Positions 26,343 through 36,726 of a DNA stretch of 64,000 nucleotides are shown here, one piece after another (the stretch's first letter is position 1; each line of letters opens with the position of its first letter). A model generated the notes under the pieces. It saw only the letters and a program-made list of their open reading frames with translations, was not told the origin of the DNA and searched no databases. Source of the stretch: Syntrophomonadaceae bacterium (lineage in GTDB: Bacteria; Bacillota; Syntrophomonadia; Syntrophomonadales; Syntrophomonadaceae); the NCBI GenBank assembly GCA_012729495.1, contig JAAYCZ010000117.1, positions 989-64,988 on the forward strand. Direction: 5' to 3'. Both the position numbers and the translations under genes were made by a program.

Positions 26343-29300
26343 TTGTATTTAAAAAGGCTGGAGATCAAAGGGTTTAAATCATTTGCAGAGAGTACTGAAT
26401 TAATTTTGGAACCTGGCATCAATGTGATCGTCGGGCCCAACGGCTGCGGCAAAAGCAACATTGCCGATGCCATCCGCTGGGTGCTGGGAGAAGCCAATGT
26501 GCGCCATCTGCGCGGACAGAAGAACGAAGATATTATTTTTAACGGCACTGACAAGCAAAAGGCGCAGAGCATGGCTATGGTTGATATGACAATAGACAAC
26601 GCTTGCGGCGAACTGCCGGTTGATTACCGGGAAGTCACGATTGGACGCAGACTTTTTCGCAACGGAGAAAGTGAATATCTGCTCAATAAATCCAAAGTAC
26701 GGATGAAAGATATCGTCGGCCTTTTTACCGGCACTGGTCTCGGTAAACGGGGTTATTCTCTGATCGGTCAGGGGGAACTGGAGCAGGTCTTAAACGGCCA
26801 GCCTTTTGACCGGCGCTTGATTCTGGAGGAAGCGTCCGGAACCATAAAGTACCGGCAGCAAAGAGATGAGGTGAAACAAAGACTATCCAACAGCCTGCTG
26901 GATTTGCAGCGGGTGACTGACATCATGGGGGAGATGGAAATCCATGCGGCTGAACTGGCCAAAAAAGCAGCCCGGGCTGAAAAACATATTGCGCTGAAGG
27001 AACAGTTCGAAACGCTCGACCGGGAATTGATCGCTGCTGAGATAAAAGACAGCCATAAAAGCCTGGCGGCGAAAACACAGGATTTAAATCAGAAGAAAAC
27101 GTCCGGGCAGATGATCCGGCAAAACCTCGAGGATCTTAATGCCCGCCTGACAGCTGCCGAACAGGAAGCAGCAGCTTGCCGCTTGAAGTTGGGTGAAATA
27201 AAAGATAAAAAATATCAGCTTGAGGCTGAATTGGGCCACAGTGAAGCCGATATCAAGCTGATCGGGGAAAGAATAAAAAACTTGCAGGAACGCTTTGATA
27301 ATGCACTTCTTGATGCCAACAAGTATTCCCGAATGTTGGAAGCTATCAACGCAGATCTGAAAAAACATCAGGAAAACATGCAGTCCGAGGAACAACAATG
27401 GCAGCAGCGCCATTTGGCTTTTGAACAATTAAGTGCTGAAATAAACACCCTGGAAGCAAAAATCAACGCGGAAGAAGAATTGTTTGCCCAAAAGCGTCTG
27501 CTCATATTTGAGGAGGCCAAACTGGAAAGTCAATTAAAAAACAATCTCATCAGCGGCGAGGAAAGGCTCAAACAAAGCCGGGAAAAAAGGGAGCGGCTGC
27601 AGCTGCGTTGGGAGGAGAGCCAGGCCAAAATAAAACAGGCGCAACAAAAATTACAGGCGCTGCAGCAACAAAAACAGACCAGCAGCGATCATTTACAGGG
27701 ACTCAAGCAGCAGCTTATAAAAATACAGCAAGAATACCAAACGACTTCAGCCCATTTGGAAAAGTTGGAGGCCCAGGAGCAAACCCAAAAAAGAACGATC
27801 AGCGATCTGGAAAATAAATTGTTAGGGCTAAAGGATCTGGAAAGGAAATTTTATGGCTATTCCGAAGGGGTGAAAGCCATACTTGAAGCCAAAGCCCGAG
27901 GTGAGAAAAAATTACCGGGAATAAAAGATCTGATGTCCAGGATCATTGACGTACCGGCCGGAATGGAAACGGCGATCGAAGCAGCCGCCGGCAAAGGACT
28001 GGAAAATATCGTGACGGCCAGCATGGAAGATGCCCGTGAGGTCATTTATATGCTGAAAAGAAAAGGCCTGGGAAGAGTCACTTTTTTACCCCTGGACGGG
28101 CTGCGTGTGCAAAAGCTGAACCCCCGTCTGGTTCAGGAATTGGAACGGGAAGAAGGCGTATTGGGACTGGCTTCCAGGTTAGTAGGCTATGATCCCCAGT
28201 ACGAGAAAGCCGTTGAGTATTTGCTGGGCAGAGTTTTATTGGTCAGTGATCTGGACAGAGGCATGCAGGTTTACCGGCACCTTACGGTTCCTCTGCGCAT
28301 CGTCAGTCTGGACGGGGAAATGATTAATGTCAGCGGAGCCATGACTGGTGGCAGTTCCACCGGCCGCAGCAGCACCAGTCCTCTGAAACGCAAGGCTGAA
28401 GCCAGAAAGATGGAACAGCAGCTGACTGAGCATTCCGCCCGGCTGGAGCAGATTCAGCAGGACAAACAAAAGGTAAACACAGCTCTGAAATCATTGGACG
28501 AAAAATTAAAAGATGGCCGTAACCAAATAGCCGAAGCTGAATTCCAGATCGATTTGATCCAAAAGGAACTGGATAGCACTTCAGCCGGTCTCACCAACGA
28601 ATCGGAAGCAAACCTGCTTTATGAGCAGGATATTGAAATACAGCAGACCTATATCAGCGCCTATACCAAGGAGATCGCACAAACCCAACAACAGTTGGTA
28701 CAGCATGAAGAAAAGAGCAGCACGTCTGCGCAAGAACTGGAGCAGATGAAAGCTGATCTGGAAGAAAAACGCCGCCAATGCGATATTCTTCTGGAAAGAG
28801 CCCGTTCCCAGCAGGAACAGCTGGATATGAAAACACAGGAATTGGAAAATTTAAAGAAGAATATGGCGCAGTTTATAGAAGTAAAAAACTCCTATGAGCA
28901 ATCCGTAAACGAATCTGAGAAATTACAGATCCGTTTGCAGCAGGACATAAAACGTCAGCAAGAACTCATCCAAAAATCCAATCAAATGAGTCTTGAACAG
29001 AAAAGTCAAATCGAAGCGATGCAACTGGTCTATGCAGGCGAGCAGGAAAATGAACGCCGGTATGCACAAGAGATTGAAGCGTTGCATGAACAACGCGGAC
29101 CCTGGCAGGAACAGCACAACCGCCTCAGCGAGGAGATGCGGCTGGCCGAAATGCGCATCCTGCGCCTGGAAATGGAATACGAAACAGCCCAGGAAAAATG
29201 GCAGGAAAAATACGCCGGTCTGCAACCATCTGATTATGAGCGGCCTATGAGTTCAGCCGAGCAAAGGCGCTCCAGACAGCAGGCGGATTTGTTGAAACAG

Positions 29301-29927
29301 GAAATCGAGCTGTTGGGCCCGGTTGATTTAGAATCTATCAACGAATATCGGGAACTAAATACCCGCCTGGAGTTTCTGCAGCTGCAAAGTTCTGATATAC
29401 TTGAAGCGCGGGAAGCGCTTGAAAAACTGCTTTTGGAAACTGAAAAAATCATGGCCAAAAATTTCAGCCAGTTTCTGTTGCTGGCCAATGAAAGTTTTAA
29501 ACGCACCTGCCAGGAAATATTCGGGGGCGGGGAAGCCAGCCTGGTGTTGGAAAAAGATGGTGATTACCTGTCGGCCGGGGTGGATATCGAGATTAAATTG
29601 CCGGGCAAACGCAGTCAATCCTTAAACCTTTTATCAGGGGGAGAAAGGGCTTTGACCTGTATCGCTTTTATATTTTCCTTGCTGCGTTTACGGCCGGCTC
29701 CCTTTTGTTTACTGGACGAAATCGACGCTGCGCTGGATGAAACCAATCTCAGCCGTTTTACTGAATTTCTGAAAGGTATGGCCAATGAAATTCAGTTTAT
29801 CGTCATTACCCACCGGCAGTCAACCATCGAAGCCGGCAGCAGCTTGTTTGGGGTAACCATGCCTGAGGAAGGGGTTTCCGCGATACTTTCCCTGAATCTT
29901 GAGGAAAGTATTAACCTGGCGGTTTAA
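26343..29927 (+). CDS. smc: chromosome segregation protein SMC
   Basis: GFKSFA, GPNGCGKSN, hinge GRVTFLPL, LSGGE, LDEIDAALD, ITHR. Confidence 0.97.
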   Translation: MYLKRLEIKGFKSFAESTELILEPGINVIVGPNGCGKSNIADAIRWVLGEANVRHLRGQKNEDIIFNGTDKQKAQSMAMVDMTIDNACGELPVDYREVTIGRRLFRNGESEYLLNKSKVRMKDIVGLFTGTGLGKRGYSLIGQGELEQVLNGQPFDRRLILEEASGTIKYRQQRDEVKQRLSNSLLDLQRVTDIMGEMEIHAAELAKKAARAEKHIALKEQFETLDRELIAAEIKDSHKSLAAKTQDLNQKKTSGQMIRQNLEDLNARLTAAEQEAAACRLKLGEIKDKKYQLEAELGHSEADIKLIGERIKNLQERFDNALLDANKYSRMLEAINADLKKHQENMQSEEQQWQQRHLAFEQLSAEINTLEAKINAEEELFAQKRLLIFEEAKLESQLKNNLISGEERLKQSREKRERLQLRWEESQAKIKQAQQKLQALQQQKQTSSDHLQGLKQQLIKIQQEYQTTSAHLEKLEAQEQTQKRTISDLENKLLGLKDLERKFYGYSEGVKAILEAKARGEKKLPGIKDLMSRIIDVPAGMETAIEAAAGKGLENIVTASMEDAREVIYMLKRKGLGRVTFLPLDGLRVQKLNPRLVQELEREEGVLGLASRLVGYDPQYEKAVEYLLGRVLLVSDLDRGMQVYRHLTVPLRIVSLDGEMINVSGAMTGGSSTGRSSTSPLKRKAEARKMEQQLTEHSARLEQIQQDKQKVNTALKSLDEKLKDGRNQIAEAEFQIDLIQKELDSTSAGLTNESEANLLYEQDIEIQQTYISAYTKEIAQTQQQLVQHEEKSSTSAQELEQMKADLEEKRRQCDILLERARSQQEQLDMKTQELENLKKNMAQFIEVKNSYEQSVNESEKLQIRLQQDIKRQQELIQKSNQMSLEQKSQIEAMQLVYAGEQENERRYAQEIEALHEQRGPWQEQHNRLSEEMRLAEMRILRLEMEYETAQEKWQEKYAGLQPSDYERPMSSAEQRRSRQQADLLKQEIELLGPVDLESINEYRELNTRLEFLQLQSSDILEAREALEKLLLETEKIMAKNFSQFLLLANESFKRTCQEIFGGGEASLVLEKDGDYLSAGVDIEIKLPGKRSQSLNLLSGGERALTCIAFIFSLLRLRPAPFCLLDEIDAALDETNLSRFTEFLKGMANEIQFIVITHRQSTIEAGSSLFGVTMPEEGVSAILSLNLEESINLAV

Positions 29928-29953
29928 TACCAACATCAAAGGTGGAATTATTT

Positions 29954-31138
29954 ATGGCACTGTTTGACAAGTTTAAAAAAAAGCGTGAAAACCATCAGAC
30001 CGAAGATATGAATCAGAAAAATTTGACTAGCCCAGAAGCGGAAGCGGCTGAGGAGGAAAAAATTTCGGCTGTAGTTGACCCCCTGCCGCCGGAGATCATG
30101 GAAATTGAGGAAGAAGCTATTGCCAATCCGGCCGATCATGATATGAGTGATACGGAAACGGAAGAAAATCAGCTCCAAACTGAAAATGAAGCCGAGGACG
30201 GCAAGACAGAAAAAAGCAAGAAGGGTATATTTGAACGGTTCAAGCTGGGCTTGAGCAAGACCCGTCAAAACATCGGCGGCAAAATTGATACCCTCATCAA
30301 GAGTAACCGCAAACTGGATGAAGAATTTTTTGAAGAACTGGAAGAGATTTTGATTCAAGCTGATGTAGGCATGGAGACTTCATTGGCCTTGGTTGATAAA
30401 ATACGTACTACGGTTAAAAAACAAAAGCTTAATGATCCGCTGCAGGTGACCGAACTTCTCCAGGATGCTATTGCAGAAGTGATGGGGACCGAGCAGGTGC
30501 CTTTAAACATAGCTGCGGAAAAACCAAGCATCATACTGGTAGTGGGTGTAAACGGTGCCGGCAAAACAACCACGATAGCCAAATTGGCCTATAAATATAA
30601 ACAAGCAAAGAAAAAGGTGATCCTGGCAGCCGGAGATACTTTCCGCGCGGCAGCCATAGATCAGCTGCAGATTTGGGCCGACCGCACCGGGGTGGAACTG
30701 ATTAAACATCAGGAAGGATCCGATCCCGGCGCCGTAGTATATGATGCCATAAGCGCGGCCCGGGCACGCAAAGCCGACCTGCTTATTATTGATACCGCCG
30801 GGCGGCTGCAGAATAAAACCAATCTGATGAAGGAAATCAGCAAGATCCGCAAGGTTATTGAAAAAGAAATACCCTCTGCTCCGCATGAGGTACTGCTGGT
30901 TCTGGATGCTACCACCGGCCAGAACGCTATCAGTCAGGCGCGAATTTTCAGCGAAGCAACCGGAGTTTCAGGTATCGTTCTGACCAAACTTGACGGTACG
31001 GCCAAGGGCGGAATCGTTATCGCCGTTGCCCGGGAACTGGGTATTCCGGTTAAATTGGTGGGAATCGGTGAGGGCATGGAAGATTTGCGGGAGTTTTCCC
31101 CGGAAGTCTTTGCTCAGGCACTGTTTGCCAATGATTAG
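29954..31138 (+). CDS. ftsY: SRP receptor FtsY
   Basis: Acidic N-terminus; [32 protein letters not shown]. Confidence 0.96.
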   Translation: MALFDKFKKKRENHQTEDMNQKNLTSPEAEAAEEEKISAVVDPLPPEIMEIEEEAIANPADHDMSDTETEENQLQTENEAEDGKTEKSKKGIFERFKLGLSKTRQNIGGKIDTLIKSNRKLDEEFFEELEEILIQADVGMETSLALVDKIRTTVKKQKLNDPLQVTELLQDAIAEVMGTEQVPLNIAAEKPSIILVVGVNGAGKTTTIAKLAYKYKQAKKKVILAAGDTFRAAAIDQLQIWADRTGVELIKHQEGSDPGAVVYDAISAARARKADLLIIDTAGRLQNKTNLMKEISKIRKVIEKEIPSAPHEVLLVLDATTGQNAISQARIFSEATGVSGIVLTKLDGTAKGGIVIAVARELGIPVKLVGIGEGMEDLREFSPEVFAQALFAND

Positions 31139-31176
31139 ATTAATTCACAAGCATAATTATAAGGAGGCTGATAGGT

Positions 31177-31968
31177 ATGCCGCAGGTTGCAGTGATTGGT
31201 GGAACTGGAGTATATGACCCTGCCATACTGGATCATATTTGCGAAATAAATGAAAAAACCCGCTATGGTGAAGTAAAGGTGCTGGTGGGCACTTACAAGG
31301 GCCAGGAAATAGCATTTATCCCCCGCCATGGAGAGAATCATAGTGTTGCCCCGCATTTGATCAATTACCGGGCTAATATTATGGCCTTGAAACAGCTGGG
31401 CGTAAGCGCCATTATCGCAACGGCTGCAGTGGGTTCATTGCAGCAAGAATTTCAACCCGGTGAATATGTACTGGCCGATCAGTTTTTGGATTTTACCAAA
31501 GTCCGGCAGCATACATTCTATGAAGGCGGGACTGACGGAGTAGTGCATTGTGATATGACGGTGCCTTATTGTCCTGAGATTCGGGCGGCAATCGAAAAAT
31601 CAGGGCAGGAACAGGGTTTGACGATTCACAACGGCGGCTGTTATGTATGTACGGAAGGGCCGCGTTTTGAAACCGCAGCAGAAATCAAGATGTTTAAACA
31701 GGTAGGGGGACAGGTCATAGGCATGACCAGCGTGCCGGAAGTATGTCTGGCCCGTGAGCTGGGTATCTGCTACGGCAATATATCCATCGTGACCAATTAT
31801 GCGGCCGGCATATCCGATACCATTCTTACCCATGCCGAAGTAGTGGAAATGATGGGAAAAAGCATCGGCAACGTCCGCTCCTTGATTATGGAAAGCGTCA
31901 AATATATACAGGAACGCAGGGACTGTGACTGCCGCAAAATTTTGACGGAAACGAGCCTCAACAAATGA
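31177..31968 (+). CDS. mtnP: methylthioadenosine/methylthioinosine phosphorylase
   Basis: IGGTG, PRHG..H, NYRANI, EGPRFETAAE, GMT..PE, VTNYAAG. Confidence 0.88.
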   Translation: MPQVAVIGGTGVYDPAILDHICEINEKTRYGEVKVLVGTYKGQEIAFIPRHGENHSVAPHLINYRANIMALKQLGVSAIIATAAVGSLQQEFQPGEYVLADQFLDFTKVRQHTFYEGGTDGVVHCDMTVPYCPEIRAAIEKSGQEQGLTIHNGGCYVCTEGPRFETAAEIKMFKQVGGQVIGMTSVPEVCLARELGICYGNISIVTNYAAGISDTILTHAEVVEMMGKSIGNVRSLIMESVKYIQERRDCDCRKILTETSLNK

Positions 31969-32984
31969 TCACGACGATTTATTGGGACCAGGATGCCGTC
32001 GTTATACTGGATCAAAACGAGTTGCCGGCACAAATTAAATATATCCGCTGTGAAGATTACCATGCCCTCGTACGTGCCATTAAAACCTTGCAGGTACGGG
32101 GAGCGCCTTTGATAGGCGTAGCCGCTGCTTATGGTCTGGCGCTGGCAGTTTGGACATCAAGGGAAGAGAGCGCTGCTCTGGAAGATTATTATCTGCGGGT
32201 AGAACAGGATTTTGCCGCTTCCCGACCCACAGCGGTCAATTTATTTTGGGCAATCCGGCGTATGCGCAGTGTTTTTGACCAGTGTAAGGGACAAAACCGG
32301 GCGGCCATTGCCCGGTCACTGTTAAATGAAGCTGATAAAATACTGGCCGAGGATTTGGCCATCAACCAACGCATAGGCGATATTGGCGCCCGTTTGTTTA
32401 AAGAAAAGGTGCGCGTTATGACCATCTGTAATGCAGGCGCCCTGGCCACCGGCGGCTATGGCACTGCTTTGGGTGTTATTCGCTCCATTCATAAAAACGG
32501 GAATTTGCAGCAGGTGTGGGCCTGCGAGACGCGGCCGGTTTTGCAGGGGGCGCGGCTGACTGTATGGGAGCTGAGCCAGGATCAAATCCCGGTTACCTTG
32601 ATTACCGACAACATGGCTGCCTATGTTATGAGCCGGGGTGAAGTTGATGCAGTCATCGTCGGTGCTGACCGGATCGCCGTCAATGGTGATACGGCCAATA
32701 AAATCGGCACTTACGGCCTGGCCGTACTGGCCGCTTATCATAAAATACCTTTTTATGTGGCCGCTCCCATGTCCACGGTTGACTTCAATATGGATGCCGG
32801 ACAAAAAATACCCATTGAAGAACGCAATCACGATGAGGTCCGCCAGATAAGAGGAATGTATGTTACCCTGCCTGAGGTCAAGGTTTATAATCCGGCATTT
32901 GATATAACTCCGGGGGAATTGCTAACCGCGGTCGTTACCGAAACAGGCATCATCCGACCGCCTTTCTTCCGGACGGATATATGA
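31965..32984 (+). CDS. mtnA: methylthioribose-1-phosphate isomerase
   Basis: VRGAPLIG, RPTAVNL, T.CNAGALAT.GYGTA, ETRP.LQGARLT, GADRI..NGDTANKIGT. Confidence 0.94.
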   Translation: MITTIYWDQDAVVILDQNELPAQIKYIRCEDYHALVRAIKTLQVRGAPLIGVAAAYGLALAVWTSREESAALEDYYLRVEQDFAASRPTAVNLFWAIRRMRSVFDQCKGQNRAAIARSLLNEADKILAEDLAINQRIGDIGARLFKEKVRVMTICNAGALATGGYGTALGVIRSIHKNGNLQQVWACETRPVLQGARLTVWELSQDQIPVTLITDNMAAYVMSRGEVDAVIVGADRIAVNGDTANKIGTYGLAVLAAYHKIPFYVAAPMSTVDFNMDAGQKIPIEERNHDEVRQIRGMYVTLPEVKVYNPAFDITPGELLTAVVTETGIIRPPFFRTDI

Positions 32985-33012
32985 GAAATATTTCAATTTG
33001 GAGAGGAAAAGC

Positions 33013-33666
33013 ATGCAGTATTTAAAAGAAAGAAAAATGGTTCTGGAAGTCGCCCAGAAGATTAATAAAGAAAAAATGGTACCCGGTACCTGGGGCAATG
33101 TCAGCTTGAAAATTAAAGACCAGCCGCTGCTGTTGATTACACCCAGCGGGATGAAATACGAAACCATGACCATTGATGATATCGTGCTGCTTGATTTAGC
33201 TGGAGAAGTAGTTGAAGGAGAACGGATACCTTCGATAGAAAAGCATTTGCATGCCCATATATACGAACAGAGAAGCGATGTAGGGGCGATTGTTCATGTT
33301 CATACCATCCATGCCAGTGCTTTTGCCGTGGCCGGAAAGAGTATTCCGGTTGTCCTGGAGGAAACCGCCCAGGTAATAGGACATACCGTTCCGGTTGCTT
33401 CCTATGCTCCCTGTGGTACTGACCAACTTGCCCGGCAGACTGTACAGACTCTGGGAGAGGGGAACGCGGTACTGCTGGCCAACCATGGATTGGTAGGCGT
33501 AGGTGCAGACCTGAACCAGGCTCTATGCGTATGTCAGGTGGCGGAGAAAACCGCCCAGGTTTGTCTGCTGGCTGCGAGTCTGGGACAGATCAATGAGCTG
33601 TGTCCGGAAGATATAAGCCTTTTAAGAAAACAGTTTGCCGATTACGGCCAAAATAAAAAGAAATGA
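33013..33666 (+). CDS. class II aldolase (FucA/Ald2-like)
   Basis: GTWGNVS, ITPSG, PSIE..LH, HVH, LLANHG zinc-binding motifs. Confidence 0.88.
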   Translation: MQYLKERKMVLEVAQKINKEKMVPGTWGNVSLKIKDQPLLLITPSGMKYETMTIDDIVLLDLAGEVVEGERIPSIEKHLHAHIYEQRSDVGAIVHVHTIHASAFAVAGKSIPVVLEETAQVIGHTVPVASYAPCGTDQLARQTVQTLGEGNAVLLANHGLVGVGADLNQALCVCQVAEKTAQVCLLAASLGQINELCPEDISLLRKQFADYGQNKKK

Positions 33667-33723
33667 CCGGTTTGAAAACGGGATCGATTAAATCAGACCA
33701 GCAAACAGGGAAGGATTGATAGG

Positions 33724-35016
33724 GTGAGCATATTAATAGAAAACGGCAGTATGGTCACGATGGATGAGTACAATCGCGTAATGGAAAAGGCCTATTTAAT
33801 CATTGAAGATGACAAAATAACCGCCATTGGCTTGGGACAACCTCCGGCCGGCAACTATGAAAAGCGCATTGATGCCACCAATCATTTGGTACTGCCCGGT
33901 TTTATCAATACTCATACCCATGCCGCCATGACGCTGCTGCGCGGTTACGCTGATGACCTGCCTTTGATGGAATGGCTGGAAACTAAAATATGGCCGCTGG
34001 AAGACAAGCTCTGTGCTGAAGACGCCTACTGGGGATCGATGCTGGCCATTGTGGAAATGATTAAATCGGGAACCACCTGTTTTTCCGACATGTATTTTTT
34101 TATGGATCAGACCGCACGGGCAGTGGAGGAAACCGGCATCCGGGCAGTGCTGTCGCGCGGGATGGTTGGAGTGGGACCACAGGCTGATACAGCCCTGGAA
34201 GAAAGCCGGACACTTGTCAGTGATTGGTCAGGCAGGGGCCAGGGACGCATTTCATTTATGTTGGGGCCGCACGCACCCTACACCTGCCCGCCGGATTATC
34301 TGCACAAGGTTATGCGGCTGGCGGATGAACTCAAAGTAGGATTACATATCCACATTGCTGAAACCAAAGGCGAATGCGAAAATATCAAGCAGGCCTATGG
34401 CCGCACTCCGGTTGCTCATCTGGAAAGCCTGGGTCTTTTTCAGTACCCGACCATAGGGGCACATTGCGTTCACCTTACCGACGAAGAAATTGCCATACTG
34501 GCCCAATATAAGGTCGGAGTTGCCCATAATCCGGAAAGCAATATGAAACTGGCCAGCGGGATCGCCCCGGTGCCACAAATGCTGAAGGCAGGCATCCCGG
34601 TTGGAATCGGAACCGACGGAGCCTCCAGCAACAACAACCTGGATATGCTGCAGGAAATGCGCAGCGGTGCACTTTTACACAAAGTAAATCATTTGGATCC
34701 TACTGTACTGCCGGCCTATCAAGCCCTGGAAATGGCCACCGTCAATGGCGCCCGGGCGTTGAGGCTTGAGAATCTTGGCACCTTGGCAGCAGGACAAAAA
34801 GCAGATATCATACTGGTCAGCTTAAAAGAAGCCCATATGATTCCCCGCTATGATCTGATTGCCAATCTGGTTTATTCTGCTCAGGCATCCGATGTACAAA
34901 CGGTTATTATCAATGGAGAAATTATTATGGAAGATAGAGTCATCAAAACGTTTGATGAAGCGGAAGTGCTTGAACAAGCAAAAAGAACGGCCCGGCGTCT
35001 GGTAGGACAAAATTGA
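33724..35016 (+). CDS. mtaD: 5'-methylthioadenosine/SAH/5'-deoxyadenosine deaminase
   Basis: PGFINTHTH, WL..KIWP.E, PHAPYTC, HIAET, HCVHL, NPESNMKLASG, GTDGASSNN. Confidence 0.88.
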   Translation: MSILIENGSMVTMDEYNRVMEKAYLIIEDDKITAIGLGQPPAGNYEKRIDATNHLVLPGFINTHTHAAMTLLRGYADDLPLMEWLETKIWPLEDKLCAEDAYWGSMLAIVEMIKSGTTCFSDMYFFMDQTARAVEETGIRAVLSRGMVGVGPQADTALEESRTLVSDWSGRGQGRISFMLGPHAPYTCPPDYLHKVMRLADELKVGLHIHIAETKGECENIKQAYGRTPVAHLESLGLFQYPTIGAHCVHLTDEEIAILAQYKVGVAHNPESNMKLASGIAPVPQMLKAGIPVGIGTDGASSNNNLDMLQEMRSGALLHKVNHLDPTVLPAYQALEMATVNGARALRLENLGTLAAGQKADIILVSLKEAHMIPRYDLIANLVYSAQASDVQTVIINGEIIMEDRVIKTFDEAEVLEQAKRTARRLVGQN

Positions 35017-35052
35017 TGACGTTTATACACAGACAGGCAGGGGGGATGCGAT

Positions 35053-35562
35053 ATGGTTCCAGTCATTAGTTTTATCGGCCGCCATAATTCGGGCAAGACC
35101 ACGGTTTTGTCAGGTGTGATTCAATATCTGAAACAAGCCGGCTATAAAGTGGCGGTCATCAAACATGCCCATCATAGTCTGGATATTTCCGTTCATAAGG
35201 ATTCAGAATTATTTCTCCGGGCCGGAGCCGATTATGTCTGTGCCAGTTCCCCCGGACTGATGCTTAAATATCAGCGCCGGAAAAATGAAGCAGATATTAA
35301 TTCCCTGTTAAGCGAAGTACCTGCGGGGTTTGATCTGATAATTGTAGAAGGCTATAAAAACGAAGCTCTGCTGAAAATTGAAGTTTTAAGAGAAAACATT
35401 GATCCTGAACCGATGCTTTTGCCGCAAACCATAGCCCTGGTCAGCGACTTCCCGCTGCCGGCTGAAATTAATGTTTTTCCCCATCAGGCGATAGAGGATA
35501 TTGCGCAATTTTTACTGGCAGCATTAAACATTAACCGCCAATCAGATCGGAACACCCCTTAA
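35053..35562 (+). CDS. mobB: molybdopterin-guanine dinucleotide biosynthesis protein B
   Basis: G..NSGKTT, VAVIKH.HH, D.IIVEGYK. Confidence 0.88.
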   Translation: MVPVISFIGRHNSGKTTVLSGVIQYLKQAGYKVAVIKHAHHSLDISVHKDSELFLRAGADYVCASSPGLMLKYQRRKNEADINSLLSEVPAGFDLIIVEGYKNEALLKIEVLRENIDPEPMLLPQTIALVSDFPLPAEINVFPHQAIEDIAQFLLAALNINRQSDRNTP

Positions 35563-35573
35563 CATGAAAAATA

Positions 35574-35615
35574 ATTAACGGAACAGCCACCTTTAAAGTA
35601 AACTGTTCCGTTAAT
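35574..35615. terminator. hairpin between convergent mobB and rnpB
   Basis: ATTAACGGAACAG...CTGTTCCGTTAAT. Confidence 0.65.
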
Positions 35616-35617
35616 CA

Positions 35618-35953
35618 GCAAGCAAATCTATAAGCGGAGTTCTGTATTTGATAGTCATCTATCTTGGCGCCCAGTTACCTGAACGCTCCAGCGACCTTAC
35701 CCGGGAACGAGATGGGCCACCTCAATGTTCCCCTATTTGGTCTTGCTCCAGGTGGGGTTTACCTAGCCAAACAGTCACCTGCTTGCTGGTGAGCTCTTGC
35801 CTCACCGTTCCACCCTTACCTCGTCAAGAGGCGGTTTATTTCTGTGGCACTTTCCTTGGGGTCACCCCCACTGGACGTTATCCAGCACCCTGCCCGACGG
35901 AGCTCCGACTTTCCTCAGGTATTTGCATACCTGCGACTATCTGGTTTGCTTGC
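35618..35953 (-). ncRNA. rnpB: RNase P RNA
   Basis: Minus strand: GCAAGCAAAC...GAGGAAAGTCGGAGCTCC...GAAAGTGCCACAGAAA...GGTAAACCCC...GAGCAAGACCAAATAGG...AGATAGATGACT...ACAGAACTCCGCTTATAGATTTGCTTGC; TGGATT-N17-TATAAT promoter upstream. Confidence 0.95.
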
Positions 35954-36194
35954 CTATCTATTATATACAACCTGATGAAAGTAATCCAGGTAAAATTACA
36001 CCATTCCTTACAAATATATATTTGAAAAAAAAATAATAATAAGCAGGAAAATACTTGCTTTTGGAGAACTATATTAAAAAAGAGATAATAAACAGTACTT
36101 TGGGCTTTTTCCTTAAGTACAAAATTTCCTTGTTTTAAGTTGGGCTTGGGAATAGAATTAGTAATAGGTGATATGACACGAGGGGGGTGAAAGG

Positions 36195-36524
36195 GTGTTA
36201 GCCATTTTTGGGTCAGCTGCAGAAGGTGGAGGAAACATATTTCACAATCCACTGTTTGTGCTGCTGTTAGTAGTTGTTGCAACCTATATATTCTTAAAAT
36301 TTTGCGCATGGGCTAAAAAGTTTCAACTGTCAGGCAAATTAAAAAAATGGATATTTATCTTGACAGGCGTAGGGTTGCTGGTTTTCAATGTTTTATATGC
36401 CAAAGGCAATGCAATGGTCAGTGCAAGTGGTGATTGGAGCGGAGCCACCGTTGCTTTGTTGGGATCTTTGATCTGGGTATTCATTTTTGCATTTGCATTA
36501 ATGGCAGAGACCAAAACCGAGTAG
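36195..36524 (+). CDS. small three-TM membrane protein of unknown function
   Basis: Three hydrophobic segments; G-rich RBS, SigH-like promoter at 36043 and terminator at 36545. Confidence 0.75.
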   Translation: MLAIFGSAAEGGGNIFHNPLFVLLLVVVATYIFLKFCAWAKKFQLSGKLKKWIFILTGVGLLVFNVLYAKGNAMVSASGDWSGATVALLGSLIWVFIFAFALMAETKTE

Positions 36525-36544
36525 CTAAAAGGCAACTGAGATTT

Positions 36545-36577
36545 AAACGGACAGTTCTTATAGAACTGTCCGTTTTT
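36545..36577 (+). terminator. intrinsic terminator
   Basis: AAACGGACAGTTCT-tat-AGAACTGTCCGTTTTT. Confidence 0.85.
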
Positions 36578-36726
36578 CGCTTTAACAGGTCAGGTTTATG
36601 TTTATATCGATGGATTTAAATTAGTTTGTCTTCCCGACAGTCATTTTAAGCTATACTATTATTAGTTTGGTAACAATCCAATTCCCAAATAAGACTATAG
36701 CATCATGAAAACATGCAGGTGAGGAA

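Noticed and set aside
35648-36309. ORFs 35648..36025(+), 35797..36036(+) and 35878..36309(-)
   Set aside because: They overlap RNase P RNA and its promoter and are shadow ORFs
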